Shown: positions 1 to 11,639 of the stretch, one piece after another
Position numbering within the stretch: position 1 is the first letter of the stretch
How the letters are laid out: every line of letters begins with the position of its first letter
From: Nemertoderma westbladi
Lineage: Eukaryota > Animalia > Xenacoelomorpha
NCBI GenBank assembly: GCA_032718475.1
Contig: JAUCBJ010003734.1
Coordinates: 62,001 to 126,000 of the forward strand
Direction of reading: 5' to 3'
Length of the DNA: 64,000 bases
Notes under the pieces: generated by a model
What the model saw: the letters and a program-made list of their open reading frames with translations, nothing else
What the model was told of the DNA's origin: nothing
Database searches by the model: none
Translations under genes and position numbers: made by a program

Positions 1-1
1 A

Positions 2-523
2 ATGCCGGTCAAATACATGACTGTCCCTCGTGCAGAGTTACAGGCAGCAGTAGTATTGGTTGAGGTAAGTAAACAAATAATAGAGGAGTTAGACATGACC
101 TTGACATTATTCTATTGGACGGACGCATCTTTGGTGCTAGTGTATATTGCAGCTGACAATATTGCACTAAAGACATTTGTAGCCAACAGACGTGCCCAGA
201 TCATTGACTTTTCGACGAAGGAACAATGGAGACATTGCCTGGGAGTGTTAAACACCGCCGACATAACTTCGAGAGGTGCCATGCCAGCAGAATTCTGTCA
301 GGAAGAATCCCAGGCGTTTTGGTTACATGGACCGGAATTTCTAACAAGGACACAGGAGTATTGGCCAGAGCGGCTGAAGATTGTTACCAACCCGATGCCG
401 ATAGATGCAGAGGTCAAGTTGGATAAGGTTTCCAAGTCTAAGTCGCCAAAGTTTTGCGCTACGCATGGGAATAGGTTAGAAGGTAGTTTAAGAATGAGAC
501 GGGATTTAGAAAGCCGAACTTGA
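2..523 (+). pseudogene. pol: BEL/Pao pol fragment (RNase H C-terminal part), truncated by an internal deletion near 445
   Basis: PRAELQAA, FYWTDAS, FVANR, WRHC..N.ADITSRG match the pol of element B. After VSKSKS the DNA switches to sequence homologous to ~11090-10920, so the integrase is lost. Confidence 0.9.
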
Positions 524-666
524 ACTGCTGGAAGGCAGGCCAGGTAGCTCGGGATGTCGATCCTTCCTTACGATCTAACTGATCCACCTACAGTATAACT
601 AGCTTATGTAACGGCTTATTTGGAATATATATATACATATAATATATGCGCAAGGAATGATTAACA

Positions 667-3600
667 ATGACGAGTAAAGATATCACTGCGGAACCGAGGA
701 GAGGTTGGACCGCGAAAGAGGTAGCGGGACTACCGTTTGCCCGTCATGGTTGTAAGGATTCAAATGTGTACTATCATGGTCAATCTGTGATAGACCTAAA
801 CACCAACTTTAAATCGAATTATGATAAAGGATTGAGGAAGGAAAGAATGAGGGCGCTGGAGGAGAGAATGGAGGTGTTGCGTCGAGAATACCGAACCCGA
901 TACCCCTACGACTTTGCCGTTGATGTGTGCGACATAAGCGCGGATCCCAACAAGGAAATAGCGCAACTATACCATATGAATATGTATTTATTGCACGACG
1001 AACCTCTACCCGCTGTTAGAGATCAATTTGACGGAATGCATCTTTACCGAAGAACCCGAGGGGAAGATGAGGAGACGTTAAGGGTTTTCAGCGTGTATAA
1101 GTTGTTCTACAAATGCAGCGAATGTATGAATAAACAATATGTATCCATCCCCGATCGTCTAAATGAGCTGAATCCCGAACTGCTATTAACGCGGTGCAAG
1201 GCTCATCAGTTTCTTAGGAACAACGAAGGAGGTTACCCGATGAGTAATCCAATGATCAGCATCGATTTTAGCGGAAAGAAACCTCCGAGACCTGTTATCG
1301 TTACGACTTTGGATCCATACACGGAGATTAAACCTCGTACGACTCCCGCTTTGATAGAAACGGCAGCGGCCATTTCACTCTACTGAGCATATAAAGACCT
1401 GGAGGCGCAGCGCGAAGCAGCACGGGACTCGAGCACCAAACCCGCGGGAAAGGAACTCTCGAGTCCCTGGTCCACATTCACTTCGCCACATCCGGAGAAG
1501 AAGCTCACGCCTGAGCACCAGGACGAGATAAATGCGTTGCGACAGGAAGAGCGAGCGGCAAAGGCAAAACAACTATTCATCGAACATATAGCTGAGTATA
1601 ATAAGACTGCGGATAAACACCGGGAAGAAATGAGGAGAGTTACTGGATTTGTTCCACAGGCTGTATCTCAACCTAGACCGGTGTACTATTCCAGTGGTAA
1701 CGAAGCTGCGATGTTGGTAGATCATCCAGAGGCGCGAGATGCCATTTGGTTCTTGCCGATGGTGATGTTGGTGGACCATGGGAACATCGACTGCTTGAGG
1801 GAAGCCCTGCGTGACGTTCCGATGCAGATAACGGACTACAACACATTGGATAAGATTGGAGCTCCGGGGAAGGAGAGTAAGATATTTGGTTGGCTAGACG
1901 AATACATAAAAGGTATGGGTTGCGGTGGCTACGTTCCCAGACGATGACAAGGTAGACCAAGCATGGTTGAGGAGGAAGGGTTCCTATACCCAATATGACT
2001 GGTATGGGTTTTATAGCGCACTTGTTATACAATTGGGATTTCAAGCTAAAGATGCAAAAGAAATACGAGGAGGCGTACAGTGAATATAACATGCCGCCCG
2101 GAGCTGAGTTCAAATCCCATTTCAAGTGGCAAGCATTGGTATATTAGAATATTTGTGCACCACCCCATGCTTTGTTGCAATACTATTTGGTGTTGGAGTC
2201 AAACACGGTAACTTGCCTAATTACGGATATAGTCGCGGGAGTTTTGAAGCACCATCCATTGGTATTTGGAGGAGAACAATACATCAGTTCAAAAAGGGGG
2301 AATTCAGTCTGACGCGATGAAGCGTTTCTTAACCCCGTTCTTCAACCAATCGTTGGATAATACATCGATGGTCAGGAGGGGATCGGCGATATTCGAAGGA
2401 GTATACTGGCAGAACATTGGAGACCGGGGAGATCAACCTTCCATGGAGTATCCGACACCAGAGGCATTGGAGAAGTGGTTTGGGAACCAAACCTGCAGGT
2501 TTGGTACTCCCGTCCACTTGGATGCAGACAGACCCATTAGAGAGAGGAAGGGAGAGGGTTGGCCTGAGACGTTAGTAGAGGTGTTCGGAATGGATCTTCC
2601 GGTGGAGAAGACATATCCTAAACGAATGCAAGAGGAAATATTAGAGATCGAAAACAAAGGCGAGGATGTTTACTTAGTTCCAGATCAGCAACCCTTAACC
2701 GGAGAATATGACATTGTTCTAGATATTGGGAAGGAAGGAAGCACGAAACCGATTGGAGACCTCATATATGAGAGGGCTTGGTTCCCGCAAGCGTGTAGAT
2801 GTAAGTTGTGCGGTAGCACAAGACACAGTCAGAAGACGTGTGATGCTGTGGTCGAAGCAGTGCACAAGGTTTGCCATTGGTGTAATGAGACTGACCATTC
2901 ATTCTATATGTGTACCGTCTTCATTTCTCAGTGCGGATATTATGGGGTGAAGGGACACCGCAGTTCAAAGTGTCAGCTGGGTGACAACGCCTTTCAGAAC
3001 CATAGCGCTAACTTACTTCGAGAGATGGTAGATAAGTGGGAAGACGCGGCGGATTACCATATTCAGGCCCAGATGAGGTGGCTGCCGTTCAAGGCGGGCT
3101 ATGGATTCTGGGCGGTGGATCCTTCACATATAGCGTACGAGCCCTACTTACAATCGCTACCCCAGTACCAAGAATTATTGTTAACTGCTCAAGACCTTCC
3201 GCAGAATACTGGAGTTGTGGTTATCAGGTCATACTTCAGACAACTTAATATGGACAATAAATATACTTGGAACTTTATCGCTATTTGTGATAGGATCACA
3301 AACGGAATATTCTCAGAGACGAGGAAGGTGGTGCACGTGCAGGGCGATTGGAGGATAGCGGCCATCCAATACAGGAACGAATTCCTGTTGACCCACATTC
3401 GTTTAGGGTCATTGACCGCCGAACGGATAGCAGAGCAGCGGGCTGATGCGCCCACCGCAACGACAGCTGGACCTCATAGCTCACGGCAAGGAGCTGATGA
3501 AGCGGTCCTCAGTAAACGCCAAGCAAAGGACGCTCAATATCACGAGATTATTGACGCTCAGCGGCTGCAGCGCAAAGCGCATGGGATGTCCGAAAGGGCG

Positions 3601-3843
3601 CACCTACAATTACAGAAGGAAGAGTTGGCGGAGGCGCCCGCAGCGACATGGCAAATGGGGCAAGGCCGAGGAAGGAGCATCAGTTGGGAACTAGTTAGCG
3701 CTCAGGGGTCGTCCTCATCGCCGGTCCCAGGAAGCGACGCCTCGAGAACGCCATCGTTGGAATCTACTGGGGGCAGACTAGTGTATATGGGAAGGGGAAG
3801 AAAGAGAGGAGTGAGCCCGAGAGACCCAGGAGCCAGCCGGTGA
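667..3843 (+). pseudogene. Disrupted copy of the accessory ORF2 (triple CCHC zinc-knuckle protein)
   Basis: ORF pieces 667-1386, 1537-1947 and 2266-3843 align to the ORF at 7187-10882. Lesions: TGA at 1384-1386 (CGA in B), frameshifts, and a ~0.5-kb deletion near 1998. Confidence 0.9.
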
Positions 3844-4213
3844 TGCCACATATCATCAAGGAGCGACAAACTATAAATATATACATCATCGTCGCTCTGA
3901 TGTATATTGTAGGCTTTAATTGTATATCCGGCTGGACTCATATACACATATAATCATATTTGTTCTAAAATCTATTGAAGGAAGTGAAGAAGGCGAAGGA
4001 GGTGATTGGCGAGACAAACCTGCGGGTTTGGCTTACTCCTTTCACCTACCTGAGCGATCACCAATTGCGATTGCATTTTTTATAATTAAGTAAATGTCCG
4101 AAATGAAAGAAATTATTACGTAATTTTATATTTAGTTTGATTATCGGCCTTTAAACGCAATAATATTTAGTTAACCAAATTCGCCTTATTAGATTGTTAA
4201 TTTGTAAATACAT

Positions 4214-6386
4214 TGATAAACAACCGCGACCTCTATACTAACAGCAGAACTGTTGAACAGACAAATACCCGTTAATATCCTTCTGTCAACCTAATGAGCT
4301 CTCGCCTAACCAATAAGACACAAAGACTGCTCTACCGTTAAGTAAAGGGGATCAGGAGCGTGATATTACTAAATTGTAAAGGTTGCTAAATACAAAACCG
4401 CTACTTACCGTTAGATGGCGCTAACCTGCCGTCCGCTAATATATTTTACTAAATTTACACAGCTCCTGCAAAATCGCTTGTTCCTTTCTCTACCGATCGC
4501 TCGATAGAGAGCTAACTGTTCGAATCTATGAGCCACGCGGGAATAACCAAAACAATAAACCCGAGTCGGCTCCCTAAGCTTACTTAAGACGAGTGCGAGA
4601 GGCCTTGCACTCAGAGTATTCTTACGCCTAATTCTATCACTATTAAAGCACGCTATTGCCTACGCCTTTTCTAATCGCGAATACTGGGGGTTCCCTAACG
4701 TAATGTGTGAATGCGAGAATATTTAAATAATCAAATGATACAGTATTTGTTTCTACGTGGATAATGCCGCTCTGGGTCTAAACTTGCCTGCCGCTGGCTT
4801 TAGGCCAGCTAATTACTAGCGTATTGTGCGTACCGAATAGTGCGATCTAGCTGATTGCCCGCTAATGCAAATAACCACTCAGCGTGAATAGTTTACAGTA
4901 CTCTAATTATTACCTTAGCTACTCTCCGCTATGCTGCGTACTAATTCTTAATTTTTTACTAATCAATTACAGTCACAAATATTTAACAGCGTACTAATTA
5001 CTAAGAGTTCCAGAATGCGTAATTCTAATTTATCACGCAACAGGTTTCGCTAGTAATAGCCTAAATTGCCGTATTACTTTGACCTAATCAGTAACTAATC
5101 GTTGTAACTAAGAAATAGAAATCAATCAAAGAGAAAAGGGCGCCTACCTAAACATTCACAATCATAGGCACACTTCAGTAACACACCAATCAGCGTCAGC
5201 AATCACAGTTCGCAATTATGCAGTTAACTACTGTATAGCCCACAATTGTGCGATTCACTATTCGTACTCCACACTCAACGTTGTAATACGCGCAGGCCTC
5301 TCCCGGATACATCTAGGCTTCCTAACTAACCCGATTCCTGCCCCCCTAATACTAAATAGAGACGAAACCTGGATCATCAGCCCCCTAGTTACTGTATCGG
5401 CGAATGGTCTGCGTGTTACAGTGCAAAATGCCCGCCCGCAACGGTGACCCCCCCGCCAGCGTTGCCCGTCTTTGAATCCTCCGCTCTCCCCTAGTCGCTC
5501 AACCCCCCGATGTGCCCACCGCCTACTGGCACCTTAGCCCTCCATCATGCTAATAGCTACCGTAGCGGCGCATGCAAAATCACAAAGTCTGACAGTCTCA
5601 GAAATCCCTTAGGATTATTGCGTAGAAAGGAATCACATAGAACCATTAATCAAAAGGTAGAAATTATAGTTCCGGTTGTAATTAGCAGTAATCGATAGGA
5701 TTAATTGAGAAACACAATCAAGAATAATCGCACTAGCAAATCATTTCGAGATATTAATCGAAAATAGCAAATTGCAGAAATACGCTAAAATATCCGTCAA
5801 AAGGTGAATAGGGACAGCTCAGCAAGTACAGGGGTGATAGAGATAGAGCTCTACCGGCACACCGCCAATTTATAGGTGATCCGAGTGGGTGATGCAATAG
5901 GGTGACTCAATCGCTCTCCTATTGGCTCTCCAGTCCGCGCTAGCATTAGACCAACCTGGAAGCAGTTAGTCCAATAAGGAGGCCGGATTGTAGCCCTATT
6001 GCTGCCCAAACCTCAAATTATTACCATATATGGTAATGGATCATATCCCTGGCTGCTGAATGGCCAGGACAGCGTCTCTATATGCTAGCCCTATTGATGC
6101 TAATATCAGCAAGCACAAAATCCAGGGTCCGACTAAACTTGCTACCCTGGAACTATCTACATATATCCTAATACAAAATTACGTAGGTAGGGCTACATAT
6201 TATACAAAATGGATGGATTCAAATATATGGGCGTTTTGGTTTCCCTATCTAAATATCACCTCGCTATTATATCTTATCTAAAGTATTATGCTGCACAACG
6301 GACTAATATTGCGTACAGTATAACGGACTAATATATTATACTGCATAATGACTAATAATGTGGATACAGCGCCATATACCGTAACA
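4214..6386 (-). repeat. 3' LTR of element B (2173 bp)
   Basis: Direct repeat of 21215-22994. Sense strand starts TGTTAC (6386) and ends TTTATCA (4214). Confidence 0.95.
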
Positions 6387-6393
6387 CCGCTCC
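6387..6393 (-). other. Polypurine tract of element B (sense GGAGCGG), preceded by a GGGAAA/TTTCCC hairpin
   Basis: Abuts the 3' LTR start. The same hairpin and GGAGCGG are conserved at 23161-23190 in element A. Confidence 0.7.
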
Positions 6394-7186
6394 AAGGGAA
6401 ATCATACAATGTTTCCCTCCAACTGTAGAAGAGTATAAGGTGATGTATACAAACAAAATAAATTTCTATAAATCCTACTATTTACAAAATATTGCTATAG
6501 ATATTGCATAATGAATTGCATACAAATTAAATTTACAAAATATTGTTTCTCGTTCGTTCTACATAATGATTACTACATACAAAATTAAATTTACAAAAAT
6601 ATTACTTCCTTTATTTATTTACAAATTGACTGTCTACCTATTGAAATGGAACATGGCTAGGACAATGTCCCCCATTTCCCATCTCAAATTAACGATCAAC
6701 ATTAACAAGATAAACTAAATATAAACGTATTTGAGGCTAAATTTTTAACTAAATTGCATTAAAGGCCGATAATCAAATTAAATATAAAATACGTAATAAT
6801 TTCTTTCATTTTCGGACTTTACTTAATTTCTTATAAAAAACGCAAATCATCTTGGTTTGATGATTGCTCAGGTAAGTGAAAGGAGTAAGCCAAACCCGCG
6901 GGTTTGTCTCCCCAATCACTTCCTTTGCCTCTTTCAATAAACTTTAGAGTAAATAAAGTCATATACACAAAATCAAATATAGTATAGGCTCAAAATCATA
7001 TTTCCAACGGACTACAAAGTAAAAGTATTTCCTTTCAATATTTTTGGCCTTCGAAAATAAAATTCTAAAATATGGATACGACTAGTGCATATGAGTCCAG
7101 TCGAATGATTGATCAAAACCTACAATATACATCAGAGCGACGATGATGTATATGTCTAGAGTCTGTCGCTCCGTGATATTATAGTC

Positions 7187-10100
7187 TCATCGGCTAGCTC
7201 CTGGGTCTCTCGGGCTCGCTCCCTTCTCCAGATACACCAGTCTACCCCCTGTAGACTCTGTTGACGGCGTCCGTGAGGCGTCACTCCCCGGAACCGGCGA
7301 CAATGTTCCCTGAGCCCCGACAGATTCCCGGCTGGTACTTCTCCCTCGGCCTCGTCCCAATTGTCGTGCTCCCGTGGTCGCTTCCGCCAACTCTTCCTTA
7401 TGCAATTGCACACGCGCTTTTTCCGACGCTCCCTGCGCCTTGCGCTGCAATCGCTGTGCTTCTATAATAGAGTGATAGTGGTCGTCCTTGACTTGACGCT
7501 TGTCTTGGACCCCTCCTCCTGGTTCCTTCCGCGAGCCTTGAGCTCCAGCGGTCGTCGCTGTGGTCGCTGCGATCCTCTGTTCCTGTATCCTCTCAGCGGT
7601 CAATGAACCCACTGGCACATGAGTCAACAAGAATTCGTTGCGGTATTGTATAGCCGCCATCCTCCAATCACCTCGCGCGCGTACCACTTTTCTAGTCTCC
7701 GTAAATACACCCTTCGTGATACGATCGCAAATAGCAACGAAGTTCCAGGTGTACTTGTTATCCATATTCAACTGTCTGAAGTATTCTCGGACTACGATAA
7801 CTCCAGTGTTCTGTGGAAGATCTTGAGCAGTTAGGATGAGTTCCTGATATTGTGGTAGCCATTGTAGATATGGCTCGTACGCAACATGTGATGGGTCTAC
7901 CGCCCAAAATCCATATCCCGCCTTAAATGGCAACCAACGCATCTGCGCTTGAATATGGTAGTCAGCCACACTCTCCCACTTATCTAACATCTCCCGAAGT
8001 AGGTTAGCGCTATGGTTTTGAAAGGAATCATCTTGCAGCTGACATCTCGCGCTACGATGTCCCTTTACCCCACAATATCCACATTGAGAAATGAAGACGG
8101 TGCACGTGTGAAACGAATGGTCGGTCTCATTACACCAACGACAGACCTTATGCGCCGCCTCTACTACCGCGTCGCACGACTTTAGATTGTGCCTTGTGCT
8201 GCCGCACAATTTGCACCTACGCGCTTGTGGAAACCAGGCCCTCTCGTATATGAGGTCTCCAATCGGTTTCGCACTTCCTTCCTTCCCAATGTCTAATACG
8301 ATGTCGTCCTCTCCGGTCAACGGTTGTCGATCCGGAACAAAGTAAACATCCTCGCCCTTGTCCTCTATCTCCAATATTTCCTCCCGCGTTCGTTTCGGAT
8401 ATGTCTTCTCCACCGGAAGATCTACTCCGAACACCTCTACTAACGTCTCCGACCAGCCCTCCTTAACAGGTCTATCAGCCTCTGAGTGGAAGGGAGTACC
8501 AAACCCGCGGGTTTGATTCCCGAACCACTTCTCCAAAGCTTCTGGCGTCGGATACTCCATCGACGGTCGGTCTCCCAAATTTCCGATGTTCTGTCGATAT
8601 ACTCCTTGGAATATCGCTAATCCTCTCCTAACCAATGACGTATTCTCTAACGATTGGTTGAAGAACGGGGTTAAGAATTGCTTCATCACGTCGGATTGGA
8701 TTCCCCCTTTCGAGCGAACGTATTGATCCCCTCCGAATACCAATGGATGACGCTTCAAAACTCGCGCAACGATATCCGCTAATAAACAAGTCACCATGTT
8801 CGACTCAAGCACCAAATAATATTGTAGCGACGCACGGGGTGGCGCGCAAATGTTCCAATACACTAACGCTTGCCGCTTGAAGTGGGATTTGAACTCCGCT
8901 CCCGGTGGCGTGTTGTATTCGCCATACACCTCCTCGTACTTCTTCTGCGTCTTTAACTTAAAGTCCCAATTATACAACAAGTGTGCTATAAAGCCCATAC
9001 CAGTCTTGGCAGAGTTGGGATACTCCCTATAAATTCCAATATCCTGTGCCCATAGCAACAATAGCTTGGTGTCGACAAACGGTCTCGGCAATCTATCTTC
9101 CAGATCAGTCATGGCGTTGAAGTCGCTCTCCAAATCGCTCTGGACTCCCGATCCCACCTTGACGTAATCTTGGTTGAGAATAGCCTCTCTAACTTTCCTG
9201 GGTAGCATCCTGGAGTCGATACACTCCGCTCCGTGCATACCTCCTCGCCTGCATACCTCCAAAATCTGCTCCCTAGGATCCTTCCCCTTCCGATATTGTG
9301 TCGTTATGATGGGCTCCGGTCTCTCTCGATCCGCCCTCACACGCATAAACACATGAGTCACACCATCGGCCGCACGAATTTGAATACACTTGCTGGTCAA
9401 ACATTCTTGATGGGACCCTCCTTCATTGTCGTAGAACATCACCCTCCAATCCTGCAGTGATTCCTCCGTTTTCCTCCACTGACGCTGAATCTCGTCTGAT
9501 GGGGTCCACATGCGCTCGATAGCCTTGTGGTCATCATATCGGGTATAAGAACCCTTCCTCCTCAGCCACGTCTGGTCTACCTCCTCGTCGTCTGGGAATG
9601 TAGCCACCGCGACCCATAACTTGATGTACTTATCCAACCATCCAAATAATTTACTCTCCTTCCCCGGAGCTCCAATCTTATCCAATGTGTCGTAATCTGT
9701 GATCTGCATTGGGACATCACGCAAGAACTTCGCGCATAAAACTTCCCGTAGACCGTCAACGTTCCAATGATCCGCCATTCTTACCATCGGCAAGAATCGT
9801 ATCGCTTCTCGCGACTCCGGATGATCTACTAATATCGCAGGTTCGGTGCCGTCGGAATAATACACAGGTCGGGGTTGAGATACGACCTGTGGAACAAATC
9901 CGGTCACTCTCCTTGTCTCCTCTTGATGTCTATCCGCGGTCTTATTATACTCCGCTATCCTATTCTCGAATAACTCTTTCGCCTTCGCCGCTCGCTCCTC
10001 CTGCCGCAACGCGTCTATGTCGTCCTGATGCTCAGGCGTGAGGCTTCTCGCTCGGTGAGGCGAAGTAAACGCAGTCCAGGGACTTGAGAGCTCCAAACCC

Positions 10101-10882
10101 GCGGGTTTGGTACCCGAGTCCCGTGCCGCTTCGCGCCGCGCCTCTAGATCCTTATAGGCTCGGTACAGCGAAATGGCCGCTGCCGTCTCTATCAAACTGG
10201 GTGTCGAACAGGGTTTAATCTCCGTATACGGATCTAATGTCGTAACGGTCGGCGTAATGGGTCTCGGAGGTCGCTTTCCGCTGAAGTCGATACTGATCAT
10301 CGGGTTGCTCATCGGGTAACCTCCCTCGTCGTATCTAAGGAACTGGTGAGCTGGACATCGCGTTAATATCGGTTCCGGATGTTGCTCGTCTAGTCGGTCG
10401 GGAATCGCCACGTCTTGCTTATTCATGCATTCACCACACTTGTAGAACAGCTTGTACACGCTGAAGACTTTCGGCGTCTCCTGATCCTCGCCTCGAGTCC
10501 TCCGGTACAGATGCATTCCGTCGAACTGATCTCGGACTGCAGGTAGAGGTTCTTCGTGTCGTAAATACATATTCATATGGTACAGTCGTGCGATCTCCTC
10601 ATCCGGGTCTGCACTAATGTCACATACGTCCAAAGCAAAGTCGTAGGGATACCGCATGCGATACTCTCTCCGCAAAACTTCCATCCGGTCCCCCAACGCT
10701 CTCATTCTTTCCCTCCGTAATTCCTTATCATAAGTCGGTTTATATTTTCCGTTTAGCTCCATCACGGACCGCCCATGGTAGTAAACGTTAGAGTCTTTAC
10801 ATCCTGGTCGCGCGAATGGTAGCTCCGCCTCCTCTCTGGCAGTAAATCCTCTGCGCGGTTGCGCTCTAATATCCTTCTCCAT
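7187..10882 (-). CDS. Accessory ORF2 of element B, ~1231 aa, unknown function; three CCHC zinc knuckles, CxxC...CxxH motif, RG-rich C-terminal tail
   Basis: Open for 3.7 kb. First ATG at 10882 (the track start at 10915 is TTG; the homologue in A starts at the equivalent position, 667). Knuckles CKLCGSTRHNLKSC, CRWCNETDHSFHTC, CGYCGVKGHRSARC. Many differences from copy A are synonymous. Confidence 0.88.
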   Translation of the reverse strand: MEKDIRAQPRRGFTAREEAELPFARPGCKDSNVYYHGRSVMELNGKYKPTYDKELRRERMRALGDRMEVLRREYRMRYPYDFALDVCDISADPDEEIARLYHMNMYLRHEEPLPAVRDQFDGMHLYRRTRGEDQETPKVFSVYKLFYKCGECMNKQDVAIPDRLDEQHPEPILTRCPAHQFLRYDEGGYPMSNPMISIDFSGKRPPRPITPTVTTLDPYTEIKPCSTPSLIETAAAISLYRAYKDLEARREAARDSGTKPAGLELSSPWTAFTSPHRARSLTPEHQDDIDALRQEERAAKAKELFENRIAEYNKTADRHQEETRRVTGFVPQVVSQPRPVYYSDGTEPAILVDHPESREAIRFLPMVRMADHWNVDGLREVLCAKFLRDVPMQITDYDTLDKIGAPGKESKLFGWLDKYIKLWVAVATFPDDEEVDQTWLRRKGSYTRYDDHKAIERMWTPSDEIQRQWRKTEESLQDWRVMFYDNEGGSHQECLTSKCIQIRAADGVTHVFMRVRADRERPEPIITTQYRKGKDPREQILEVCRRGGMHGAECIDSRMLPRKVREAILNQDYVKVGSGVQSDLESDFNAMTDLEDRLPRPFVDTKLLLLWAQDIGIYREYPNSAKTGMGFIAHLLYNWDFKLKTQKKYEEVYGEYNTPPGAEFKSHFKRQALVYWNICAPPRASLQYYLVLESNMVTCLLADIVARVLKRHPLVFGGDQYVRSKGGIQSDVMKQFLTPFFNQSLENTSLVRRGLAIFQGVYRQNIGNLGDRPSMEYPTPEALEKWFGNQTRGFGTPFHSEADRPVKEGWSETLVEVFGVDLPVEKTYPKRTREEILEIEDKGEDVYFVPDRQPLTGEDDIVLDIGKEGSAKPIGDLIYERAWFPQARRCKLCGSTRHNLKSCDAVVEAAHKVCRWCNETDHSFHTCTVFISQCGYCGVKGHRSARCQLQDDSFQNHSANLLREMLDKWESVADYHIQAQMRWLPFKAGYGFWAVDPSHVAYEPYLQWLPQYQELILTAQDLPQNTGVIVVREYFRQLNMDNKYTWNFVAICDRITKGVFTETRKVVRARGDWRMAAIQYRNEFLLTHVPVGSLTAERIQEQRIAATTATTAGAQGSRKEPGGGVQDKRQVKDDHYHSIIEAQRLQRKAQGASEKARVQLHKEELAEATTGARQLGRGRGRSTSRESVGAQGTLSPVPGSDASRTPSTESTGGRLVYLEKGASPRDPGASR

Positions 10883-11639
10883 TATGCCTCGCGTATATAC
10901 ATATATATATCCCAATAAGTGCCGTTACGTAACCAATTACACTGTGGGTAAATCAGTTAGATGTCGCCGAAAGACAGACCTCCCGAACCCCCCCGCCTTC
11001 CAGCAGTTCAGGTTCGACTCTCTAGATCCCGTCTCTTCCTAACTAACTATCCTCTAACCTATTCCCATGCATAGCGCAAAACTTTGGAGATAAACTGGCC
11101 GTGACCAACTCACTTTTTGATGCCCAAACTACTCCCATTACTCGTACTAAACTACAGTAGTTAGAAAGGACTATAGCCACAATACTCGACTATACCAAAC
11201 CCACAGGTTTGATAATCGAACATCACACATCCTGCAAACTACTGAGTGGGGTCCATGTATGCCTCTGGTGCTACTAACCTTTAGCACCTTGGTTGCACTG
11301 TTGGCACCAATCTGTGGAAGTTGCTAAACTCAATTTACACTCCTACGTAATATAGCCGTCACCATGGTTTCTAAATGCTATTTTCCAGGCTTCACGACTT
11401 TTCAAATTACTGTATATCTATAGACGAATTCTAAAACGCGTCTATACACAGCGTCTGGAATTGTCTTGGGTTCACTTTTCTAATTTTAAAATTTTTTAAT
11501 TTTCCAAAAATTTTTGAAAATAAAATTTTGTTTTGATACCCACTAGACAAAACTCAACGCAAATCACCACAACCCCGCTCCTATGCATTTCCTTGTATTT
11601 GCATACGAGGAATGCATACGAAGTGAGTTGCGTCCAACA

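Larger units (their letters stand above)
1..4213 (+). mobile_element. BEL/Pao LTR retrotransposon element A, left part (older, internally deleted relative of element B; begins before the window)
   Basis: RNase H fragment and ORF2 are collinear with, and highly similar at protein level to, element B on the opposite strand. The 3' UTR is interrupted at TACAT (4209-4213) and resumes at 22995. Confidence 0.92.

Noticed and set aside
5510-6281. Small ORFs repeated identically at 22118-22889, and the pair 30962-31168 / 44531-44737
   Set aside because: Identity is explained by LTR or segmental duplication; no coding signature.
7187-10915. ORF2 as a retroviral-type envelope gene
   Set aside because: No visible signal peptide, hydrophobic transmembrane anchor or fusion-protein architecture; it carries zinc knuckles instead.
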